DNA from: an uncultured Candidatus Saccharibacteria bacterium
GTDB taxonomy: Bacteria > Patescibacteriota > Minisyncoccia > JAHISW01 > Tagabacteraceae
Assembly: GCA_964636095.1 (NCBI GenBank)
Contig: CAZWRF010000002.1
Coordinates: 1-32,000 of the forward strand
Length of the DNA stretch: 32,000 nucleotides
Direction: 5' to 3'
The notes beneath the pieces are model-generated. The model did not search any database. It was not told the DNA's origin and saw nothing but the letters and a program-made list of their open reading frames with translations. Each line of letters opens with the position of its first letter. Positions within the stretch are counted from its first letter, which is position 1. Positions 24,064 through 30,080 of the stretch are shown one piece after another. Made by a program: the position numbers and the translations under genes.

Positions 24064-25281
24064 ATGATCGATTTAAAAGCATTAAACTCAACTTTGGAAC
24101 AGTTGGAAACAGAACGAGGTATTTCTCGTGAAACTATCCTTGAAACCATCGAAGACGCAATGGCGGCTGCCTATAAGCGCGATTATGGCAAAAAAGGACA
24201 AATAATAAGGGCAAAATTTGACCCAAAAACGGGAAAAGCCGAATTTAGCCAGGTAAAAATTGTAGTTGATGATTCTATGCTTAAACCGGAAAGCGACGAC
24301 GAAGAGGCTGCCGCTGAAGGCGGTGAGTTTCGCGCAGAAAATTCTGGGCGGGAAGAGCCGGAAGAAGGGGGAGAAGAACGTAAGATAAGATTCAACCCCG
24401 AGCGCCACATAATGATTAACGAAGCCAAAAAGATAAAGAAAGAAGTTGAAGTGAGTGAAGAGATGGTCTTTCCCTTGGACTCCAAGGAAGATTACGGACG
24501 CATTGCCGCCCAAACAGGGAAACAGGTTATTATCCAGCGTATCAGAGAAGCAGAAAGAAATTCAATTTATGAAGAATTTAAAAACAAGGAAGGTGAGGTA
24601 GTAAGCGGTATTATTCAAAGAATAGAAGGAGGAAATATTTTTCTTGACCTGGGAAGGACAACTGCCATTATGCCGCGGGATGAACAGGTTTGGGGCGAAC
24701 GTTACAGAATAGGAGAGCGGATAAAAGCACTTATTTTCCTTATTGAACAAACACCGCGGGGAATAAACATATATTTATCAAGGTCTCATCCCAGATTTTT
24801 AACTAAGCTTTTTGAGATGGAGGTGCCCGAAATAAACGCCGGAACGGTTGAAATTAAGAGTGTGGCCAGAGAAGCGGGTTCTCGATCAAAAATTGCCGTT
24901 TTGTCCAATAAGGAGGAAATTGACCCTGTCGGTTCTTGCGTAGGGCAAAAAGGAGTACGAGTAGGTACCGTTATATCCGAATTGGGGGGAGAAAAAATCG
25001 ATATTATAGAATGGTCCGATGAGTCGGAAAGATTCATAATCAATGCCCTTTCCCCTGCCAAGGTTATAGAGGTTGACATAAAACCGAAAGGCAAAGAAGC
25101 TGTGGTAACGGTGGACGAGGATCAGGTGTCTCTGGCTATAGGAAAAAGAGGTCAAAATGTACGGCTGGCGGCTAAATTAACAGGCTGGAAGTTGGATATA
25201 CGTTCAAGAAGCGGTGAATCAATTGCCCAAGTGACGGAGGAAGGAAAAGTAACGGGGAAAGGTATAGAACCGACCAATTAG
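24064..25281 (+). CDS. nusA: Transcription termination/antitermination factor NusA (with an acidic insertion in the N-terminal region)
   Basis: NusA N-terminal domain, S1 domain (GEVVSGIIQRIEGGNIFLDLG) and two KH domains (GSCVGQKGVRV; AIGKRGQNVRLAAKLTGWKLDI). Acidic insert ESDDEEAAAEGGEFRAENSGREEPEEGGEE. Confidence 0.9.
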   Translation: MIDLKALNSTLEQLETERGISRETILETIEDAMAAAYKRDYGKKGQIIRAKFDPKTGKAEFSQVKIVVDDSMLKPESDDEEAAAEGGEFRAENSGREEPEEGGEERKIRFNPERHIMINEAKKIKKEVEVSEEMVFPLDSKEDYGRIAAQTGKQVIIQRIREAERNSIYEEFKNKEGEVVSGIIQRIEGGNIFLDLGRTTAIMPRDEQVWGERYRIGERIKALIFLIEQTPRGINIYLSRSHPRFLTKLFEMEVPEINAGTVEIKSVAREAGSRSKIAVLSNKEEIDPVGSCVGQKGVRVGTVISELGGEKIDIIEWSDESERFIINALSPAKVIEVDIKPKGKEAVVTVDEDQVSLAIGKRGQNVRLAAKLTGWKLDIRSRSGESIAQVTEEGKVTGKGIEPTN

Positions 25282-25294
25282 TTTCATATGAAAC
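25281..25294. promoter_or_regulatory. parS-like perfect palindrome GTTTCATATGAAAC (site 1)
   Basis: Starts on the last base of the nusA stop codon. With flanks it matches TGTTNCACGTGAAACA at 13/16. Confidence 0.5.
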
Positions 25295-25425
25295 AAAGAT
25301 TTCAGGTTTTTTGACAAATTAAATTTTTTACAGACCCTTTATTCCCCGTAATATTCCATTCGGGCTTACTAAGATGTTATAAAGTAAAAAATTTGATTTG
25401 CAAAAAACGAAAAAGATATAGAAAG

Positions 25426-25800
25426 ATGGCCAGACATAACAAAATCGGTTCTGTTGGAGAAGACATTGCTGTGAAACATTTAGTGAAACAGGGGTATAAG
25501 ATTTTAGATAAAAATTACAGAAAGAAATGGGGCGAGATTGATATAGTTGCAGAGAAGAAGAAAATTCTTCATTTTGTTGAGGTAAAAACTGTTTCATGTG
25601 TAACAAAATTTGATGAGTATTATCCGGAAGAGAACGTTCACTACTTTAAAAAACAAAGATTGGCTAGGGCTATAAATACATATTTGGCCGAGAAAAGAGT
25701 TTCATATGAAACAGAGTTCGTAGTAGATGTTGTGGCGGTATTTTATAATCCCGATACGGGAGATAATAAAATAAGGATAACAGGGAATATCATTCTTTGA
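25426..25800 (+). CDS. yraN: YraN family (UPF0102) endonuclease-like protein
   Basis: G..GE..A..YL...GY.IL..N.R...GEIDIVA......L.FVEVKT pattern. The start is set at ATG 25426 (MARHNKIG) instead of TTG 25393. Confidence 0.8.
   Translation: MARHNKIGSVGEDIAVKHLVKQGYKILDKNYRKKWGEIDIVAEKKKILHFVEVKTVSCVTKFDEYYPEENVHYFKKQRLARAINTYLAEKRVSYETEFVVDVVAVFYNPDTGDNKIRITGNIIL
25591..25604. promoter_or_regulatory. parS-like site GTTTCATGTGTAAC (site 2, hybrid half-sites)
   Basis: Inside yraN. With flanks, TGTTTCATGTGTAACA matches the parS consensus at 14/16. Confidence 0.45.
25699..25712. promoter_or_regulatory. parS-like perfect palindrome GTTTCATATGAAAC (site 3, identical to site 1)
   Basis: Inside yraN, 418 bp from the identical site 1. 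Confidence 0.5.
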
Positions 25801-25930
25801 AAACTAAATTTTTTGCAAAATCCTTTCTTTTGTCTTTTTGTCTTAGTTTAAGGTTGCTTTTTGTTTCATTCGCTATTTAAGTATTTTGACAAAACCGGGG
25901 TCCTTCGGACAAAAGCAAAAAATTTAGTTT
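25801..25930. repeat. Perfect 16-bp inverted repeat enclosing 98 bp, directly after the yraN stop
   Basis: AAACTAAATTTTTTGC (25801-25816) is the exact reverse complement of GCAAAAAATTTAGTTT (25915-25930). Nested TTTGACAAA/TTTGTCAAA repeat and a GTCC-TTC-GGAC hairpin lie inside or nearby. Confidence 0.7.
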
Positions 25931-25984
25931 GTCAAAGAATGTTTAGAGATTAGGTTAATTAGGTGAATTAGAAATTCTTTTTTG

Positions 25985-25998
25985 GTTACACGTGTAAC
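25985..25998. promoter_or_regulatory. parS-like perfect palindrome GTTACACGTGTAAC (site 4)
   Basis: 12 nt upstream of the tRNA-Pro 5' end. Canonical CACGTG centre but symmetric T->A change in both half-sites. Confidence 0.45.
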
Positions 25999-26009
25999 TA
26001 AAAAAGCGG

Positions 26010-26083
26010 CGGGGATTGGCCCAATTGGCTAGGGCACTCGCTTTGGGAGCGAGAGGTTGCCGGTTCAAGTCCGGCATCCCCGA
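26010..26083 (+). tRNA. tRNA-Pro (anticodon UGG)
   Basis: Acceptor CGGGGAT/ATCCCCG (C1-G72, as in bacterial tRNA-Pro), D arm GCCC-AATTGGCTA-GGGC, anticodon arm CTCGC-TTTGGGA-GCGAG, T arm GCCGG-TTCAAGT-CCGGC. No encoded CCA. Confidence 0.9.
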
Positions 26084-26107
26084 TAACTAAGTGGGGACAA
26101 ATAAGCC

Positions 26108-26130
26108 ATCAGACATTTCTATCAGACATT
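26108..26130. repeat. Direct repeat ATCAGACATT x2 (13-bp period) downstream of tRNA-Pro
   Basis: 26108-26117 and 26121-26130 are identical, separated by TCT. Confidence 0.7.
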
Positions 26131-26167
26131 ATTGTAAAATAAGGCTTTTTGTCCGATAGAGTAAAAA

Positions 26168-26209
26168 TTATTCACAATTAATCTGCCGGTTGTGCACATC
26201 TTGTGCACA
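26168..26209 (+). repeat. Three co-oriented DnaA-box-like 9-mers phased at 22 and 11 bp
   Basis: TTATTCACA (26168-26176), TTGTGCACA (26190-26198) and TTGTGCACA (26201-26209). The latter two contain the palindrome TGTGCACA. Confidence 0.6.
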
Positions 26210-26216
26210 CAAAAAA

Positions 26217-26242
26217 CACCGTCCTTTGGACGGCGTTTTTTT
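26217..26242. terminator. Bidirectional intrinsic terminator
   Basis: CCGTCC-TTT-GGACGG is flanked by an A-run upstream and a T-run downstream, so U-tails are available on both strands. It ends the tRNA-Pro unit (+) and the small membrane protein operon (-). Confidence 0.7.
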
Positions 26243-26246
26243 GTTT

Positions 26247-26639
26247 TTATTTTTTTTGGCGGGGAATTGCCAATGCCCCCGATAAAAGGAAAAGACAATC
26301 TTCCAACAAGATTATTGCAATACTTATAACAAAAGCGGAGATAGGGGCGGGGTAAATAAAAAACAAAACGGACGCGAGCATATTCAGCAGAATAAAAATA
26401 CCGATAATAGCCAAGGAAACTGCCCACATAAAAAAACTTGCTCCATCATCGTGATGTTTCGGATTGCCGCAAAGGAAAAAACTTACCACGGATACGGATA
26501 TGCCGAACAAAACAAGGAAAATGGTGGCATCGTGTATTGTCTTTATTTCTCCATACCAGTGACCGATGGCGAAATACAAGAGAACAACAAGAAAAGCACC
26601 AATGATACCTCTAAAAGGACTTTTAAGTATATTTTTCAT
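26247..26639 (-). CDS. Hypothetical small membrane protein (130 aa, about 4 TM)
   Basis: SD AAGGAG (26650-26645) 5 nt upstream of the ATG. Serial hydrophobic helices. No family recognised. Confidence 0.65.
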   Translation of the reverse strand: MKNILKSPFRGIIGAFLVVLLYFAIGHWYGEIKTIHDATIFLVLFGISVSVVSFFLCGNPKHHDDGASFFMWAVSLAIIGIFILLNMLASVLFFIYPAPISAFVISIAIILLEDCLFLLSGALAIPRQKK

Positions 26640-26652
26640 TCACTCTCCTTTC

Positions 26653-26856
26653 CTACAAGCTCGGGAAAAGAATAAATAAAAGATAGCACCAAAGGGATAA
26701 GCATGCGGCATCGAAAAGCGATCTTAGAAATGACTTTAATCCCCAGGAAACTTTCTCTCTTTTTGCGAATTGGTAGCCTGCCGCGATTATATTAATCATA
26801 GCAGTGACAAAACAAACCCATGCGGCAAAAAATACGAATATTTTTAGAATAATCAT
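26653..26856 (-). CDS. Hypothetical small membrane protein (67 aa, 2 TM)
   Basis: Strong SD GGAGGAGGAG (26872-26863) 6 nt upstream of the ATG. Two hydrophobic helices. Confidence 0.55.
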   Translation of the reverse strand: MIILKIFVFFAAWVCFVTAMINIIAAGYQFAKREKVSWGLKSFLRSLFDAACLSLWCYLLFILFPSL

Positions 26857-26940
26857 AACAATCTCCTCCTCCTTTTATTTGTCAAAGATTTCTCTATTTT
26901 GTAGCATTTATTTACCAAAAGGACAACAAAAACAAACCAT

Positions 26941-26960
26941 GAACATACCATGGTATGTTC
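26941..26960 (-). terminator. 20-bp perfect palindrome GAACATACCATGGTATGTTC with a T-rich tail on the minus strand
   Basis: On the minus strand the hairpin is followed by ATGGTTTGTTTTTGTTG. It lies just downstream of the duplicated tRNA-Gly 3' segment. Confidence 0.55.
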
Positions 26961-26981
26961 AATGAACATTCATCAAAGCAT

Positions 26982-27012
26982 TTTTTGTCTTGTGCGGGAT
27001 AAGGGAGTCGAA
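26982..27012 (-). repeat. Perfect 31-nt duplicate of the tRNA-Gly 3' end (T-loop to discriminator plus 11 nt of 3' flank)
   Basis: 26982-27012 is identical to 27123-27153. Identity starts exactly at the first T-loop nucleotide. The upstream sequence cannot form D or anticodon arms. Confidence 0.85.
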
Positions 27013-27091
27013 TCTTACAGATTCTGTGCAGCGTTTGGCCCGCCATTGGCGGGCTCAAACCGCTTTTCGACTCTCTTTCTAACATATCAAG

Positions 27092-27120
27092 AACAAAAAC
27101 AGAGCAACATTAGGTTGCTC
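27092..27120 (-). terminator. Intrinsic terminator after tRNA-Gly
   Basis: GAGCAAC-loop-GTTGCTC (27102-27120). On the minus strand it is followed by TGTTTTTGTTC. Confidence 0.7.
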
Positions 27121-27133
27121 CATTTTTGTCTTG

Positions 27134-27204
27134 TGCGGGATAAGGGAGTCGAACCCTTCACCTCAGTTTGGAAAACTGATATTATACCGATTAACTAATC
27201 CCGC
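27134..27204 (-). tRNA. tRNA-Gly (anticodon UCC)
   Basis: 71-nt cloverleaf on the minus strand. Acceptor GCGGGAT/ATCCCGC, D arm GTTA-ATCGGTA-TAAT, anticodon arm TCAGT-TTTCCAA-ACTGA, T arm AAGGG-TTCGACT-CCCTT. No encoded CCA. Confidence 0.9.
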
Positions 27205-27209
27205 TCGTA

Positions 27210-27270
27210 AAACCCCCGCCTACATCTTTAACAAAGTTGTGGCGGGGGTTTCATCTTTCGCGAAAGATGA
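27210..27270 (-). terminator. Structured region/terminator between hup and tRNA-Gly
   Basis: 20-nt perfect palindrome TCATCTTTCGCGAAAGATGA (27251-27270), then an 11-bp GC-rich stem AAACCCCCGCC/GGCGGGGGTTT (27210-27220 / 27241-27251) with a TTTT tail on the minus strand. Confidence 0.5.
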
Positions 27271-27274
27271 ATAC

Positions 27275-27550
27275 TTATGGTTTTACCGCATCTTTCAAGG
27301 TCTTTGATGCCTTAAACTTCGGCACCTTTGTTGCCGCAACTTGGATGGTTTCTCCGGTTCGGGGGTTGCGCGCCTGGCGGGCGGCCCTGTCCTTTACGGA
27401 AAAGATTCCGAAACCTGCGATTGAGACCTCCTCACCTTTTTTAAGAGCGTCAACAATGTCATCGAAAATGCCGTTTACCATTCTTTCGGCTTCCGCCTTG
27501 CTTCCGCCCATTTTTTCGTGGACATTGTCCACCAATGAGGCTTTGTTCAT
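27275..27550 (-). CDS. hup: DNA-binding protein HU
   Basis: 91 aa. MNKASLV...FGIFSVKDRAARQARNPRTGETIQVAATKVPKFKASKTLKDAV matches the HU/IHF fold signature. Confidence 0.9.
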   Translation of the reverse strand: MNKASLVDNVHEKMGGSKAEAERMVNGIFDDIVDALKKGEEVSIAGFGIFSVKDRAARQARNPRTGETIQVAATKVPKFKASKTLKDAVKP

Positions 27551-27557
27551 GTTTTTT

Positions 27558-27589
27558 GAATTATGAATTACGAATTATGAATTACGAAT
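27558..27589. repeat. Tandem heptamer GAATTAY x4.5 immediately upstream of the hup start codon
   Basis: GAATTAT GAATTAC GAATTAT GAATTAC GAAT, starting 8 nt from the hup ATG (27550, minus). Confidence 0.85.
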
Positions 27590-27702
27590 GTCTTCTGGTT
27601 CTTGAATCGTAAATTCTAATTCTAGTCTGATAAAATTTAATTATCGACCAACATTAATATTATACAGGTTATTATAGTTTTTTATAGCTTTTGTGCCAAT
27701 AG

Positions 27703-29232
27703 CTATCTGGCATACTCAACAACCCTGGATTCTCTTATCACGTTTACTTTTATTTCGCCGGGGAATTTTACTTCCTCTTCTATTTTGTTGGCAATGTCTC
27801 TGGCCAGCTGTTTGGCCTGCAAATCGGATACCTTTTCGGGAGTTACAAACACGCGAATTTCTCTTCCTGCCTGTATGGCATAAGTTTTTTCAACCCCCTC
27901 AAAAGAATTTGATATTCCTTCAAGCTCTTCAAGGCGCTTAAGGTAATTTTCAAGAGTGTCTCTTCTGGCGCCCGGCCTTGAGGCGGAAATGGCATCTGCT
28001 GCCTGGACTATAATGGATTCCAGGCTGGTATATGGATATTCTTCATGATGCGCTTCCATGGCCCGTATTATTTTTTCATCCACATTGAACTTTTGGAGAA
28101 TCCTTCTTCCTATTTCAACATGCGTTCCCTGGATCTCGTGATCTACGGCCTTGCCTATGTCGTGTAGAAGGGCCGCTTTTTTGGTAAGCTGAACGTCTAC
28201 CCCGAGCTCGGAAGCTATCATTCCGGCCAGGTGAGTTGTTTCAACCGTGTGTTGGAGTACATTTTGTCCGTAACTTGTCCTAAAATGAAGCCGTCCTAAA
28301 AGCATCAAAAGCCGGGGGTCTATGTCAAATATTCCTACCTCATAAGCTGCCGCTTCGCCTTTGTCTTTGGCTATTTTTTCAACTTCTATTTTTGCCTTGG
28401 CTACCATTTCTTCTATTCGGGCAGGCTGAATGCGTCCATCCAGAATGAGATTTTCCAAAGCTATTTTCGCTATCTGGCGCCTCATGGGGTCGAAACTTGA
28501 AATTACAACCGAGCCGGGAGTGTCGTCCACAATGATTTCCACTCCGGATGCTCTTTCCAGGGCGCGGATATTCCGGCCTTCTTTTCCGATAATTTTACCT
28601 TTTAGGTCATCGGATGATATGGAAACGGTACTTGTGGTTATTTCTGATGCCGTCGAAGAAGCCAGCCGTTGAATGGCGCCGGTTAGAATTTCCTGGGCTT
28701 TTTGCTCAATTTTTTCCTGGCCCGTTGCTTCTATTTTTTTAATTTTTGTAAGTATGTCCGCGTCGTATTTCTTTTCTATTTCCTTGAAAAGTTCTTCTTT
28801 GGCTTCGGACTCGGACAGCTTGGCTATATTTTGAAGCTCTTCTTTCTTTTTCTCGTCCAGAAACTTTAACTGTTCCTGAACCTTTTTAATGTCGTTGGCT
28901 TTGGCTTTTATTTTTTTGATCTCTTTTTCAACATCAACATGTTTCTTTTCCAAAAGCTCCTCTTTTCTGCCAAGACGGTCTTCCCTTGTTCTTATTTGAG
29001 AAGTGGTGGTGCGTTCTTCTTCCTTGGCTTTCTCAACAATTGATTCTGCCTTTTTGGAAGCTTCTTCGAGAGTGGATTGCGCTTTTTCCTTAGCGTCGAC
29101 TAAAAGCTGTTTTATTCTTAATTCTATTGAACTTTTTCTCTGAAGGACAATAAGGTGCCTTAGAAAATAGCCAAGAATCCCACCCAGAATCACCGAAGCC
29201 CCCACTACCCCAAGTAGTGTGGTTAAACTCAT
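27703..29232 (-). CDS. rny: Ribonuclease Y
   Basis: N-terminal TM helix, long Lys/Glu coiled coil, KH domain (GKIIGKEGRNIRALE) and HD domain (LLHDIGKAVDHE). Confidence 0.9.
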   Translation of the reverse strand: MSLTTLLGVVGASVILGGILGYFLRHLIVLQRKSSIELRIKQLLVDAKEKAQSTLEEASKKAESIVEKAKEEERTTTSQIRTREDRLGRKEELLEKKHVDVEKEIKKIKAKANDIKKVQEQLKFLDEKKKEELQNIAKLSESEAKEELFKEIEKKYDADILTKIKKIEATGQEKIEQKAQEILTGAIQRLASSTASEITTSTVSISSDDLKGKIIGKEGRNIRALERASGVEIIVDDTPGSVVISSFDPMRRQIAKIALENLILDGRIQPARIEEMVAKAKIEVEKIAKDKGEAAAYEVGIFDIDPRLLMLLGRLHFRTSYGQNVLQHTVETTHLAGMIASELGVDVQLTKKAALLHDIGKAVDHEIQGTHVEIGRRILQKFNVDEKIIRAMEAHHEEYPYTSLESIIVQAADAISASRPGARRDTLENYLKRLEELEGISNSFEGVEKTYAIQAGREIRVFVTPEKVSDLQAKQLARDIANKIEEEVKFPGEIKVNVIRESRVVEYAR

Positions 29233-29377
29233 GATAATTTTTCGGCATTCCGTTAAAAACCATTAGATTTTAAGCTAAAATAACGGATTCGCTCGTGTTA
29301 AATTTGATAAAATTCCAATTTTTACAACCTAAAGTACTTTAACTTTATCAGATTTACCTTTTTTTGTAAAGGCGGGA

Positions 29378-29406
29378 TTGACAGATTTATGCTATATATG
29401 TATAAT
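29378..29406 (+). promoter_or_regulatory. Perfect-consensus sigma70-type promoter for orf187
   Basis: TTGACA (29378-29383), exactly 17 nt, TATAAT (29401-29406). A downstream 5' UTR of about 40 nt ends in SD AGGAGG (29443-29448). Confidence 0.65.
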
Positions 29407-29454
29407 CAGCACAAACTTGGTTTTTGAAAAATAAATAAAAATAGGAGGTGCTGG

Positions 29455-30018
29455 ATGGGAAAATTCAAAACGATTTGCGCCAAGCTTGTTTTTTATCGGC
29501 TTAAGTATGTAAAATTTGCTCTTCCGTTTTCCGGCGCGATTACCATTGTTTCTGCTGTTGTGGGGGTTGTTTTGAGCGAATATCTTCGGCCTTACTATGG
29601 CTTTATTATTCCTTGTGTAGGCATGTTGCAGTTTGCGATTCTTATTGTGCTTTATGTTCATTCTCTTGAAACTTGGCAGAAAGAGCTTCCCGAATACCAC
29701 ATAAAAGAAGCCTGGGACATGTGGCCCGAGCTGAACAAAAAAGAGCCGGAGTTGGCCGATATGATGGACAGAATCGCCTGCGTTGCCGAAAGGGACATGA
29801 ATACGGAAAAATTGACGGCCTGGATGAAAGAGGTTGATGTCCTTTCATCTTTCAAATCAGAGCTTGCCGGTTTGCACGAGAGAAAAAAACAAGTATCAAA
29901 AGAACTTCAAGAACTGCAAAATGAATGGAAAACCTTTCCGTCGAAGGAGCAGGTTTTTCAGAAAAAAATTTACGAGGCAAAGATGAAGCTTCTGGACGAA
30001 AAAGAATTTTTGTCCTAA
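29455..30018 (+). CDS. Hypothetical membrane-anchored coiled-coil protein (187 aa)
   Basis: Two N-terminal TM helices, then a charged heptad-like C-terminal region (ELAGLHERKKQVSKELQELQNEWK...). Canonical SD 6 nt upstream of the ATG. No family recognised. Confidence 0.65.
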   Translation: MGKFKTICAKLVFYRLKYVKFALPFSGAITIVSAVVGVVLSEYLRPYYGFIIPCVGMLQFAILIVLYVHSLETWQKELPEYHIKEAWDMWPELNKKEPELADMMDRIACVAERDMNTEKLTAWMKEVDVLSSFKSELAGLHERKKQVSKELQELQNEWKTFPSKEQVFQKKIYEAKMKLLDEKEFLS

Positions 30019-30046
30019 CTAACCTGGGTGTTTCGCCTCCAAGTAG

Positions 30047-30080
30047 AAAAGCCCCGTTTTAAAACACGGGGCTTTTTATT
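30047..30080 (+). terminator. Intrinsic terminator after orf187
   Basis: AAAAGCCCCG-TTTTAAAACA-CGGGGCTTTT followed by TATT. The symmetric A/T flanks could allow bidirectional function. Confidence 0.8.

Noticed and set aside
25393-25425. TTG start adding MICKKRKRYRK to YraN.
   Set aside because: The family's N-terminus begins near the G..GE motif. ATG 25426 (MARHNKIGSVGE) fits it, whereas the extension is a poly-basic translation of A-rich intergenic DNA.
26982-27100. A second tRNA gene (or an intron-containing tRNA) next to tRNA-Gly.
   Set aside because: Only the T-loop-to-3'-end portion is present. The putative 5' T-stem strand mismatches at 3 of 5 positions. No GCGGGAT acceptor strand, D arm or anticodon arm can be found upstream.
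26084-27133. Genomic islet or integrated mobile element between tRNA-Pro and tRNA-Gly.
   Set aside because: The segment holds only about 1 kb with two small membrane-protein genes. It has no integrase, transposase or phage gene, and no matching direct repeats at both tRNA ends. Only the local tRNA-Gly duplication is reported, as a possible scar.
26950-27198. 82-aa plus-strand ORF.
   Set aside because: It lies entirely over tRNA-Gly, its terminator and the duplicated segment. The repeated peptide LVRDKGVE simply mirrors the DNA repeat.
29392-29700. 102-aa minus-strand ORF overlapping the orf187 promoter and 5' end.
   Set aside because: It is a basic, low-complexity translation antisense to a gene with consensus promoter and SD signals, and it has no signals of its own.
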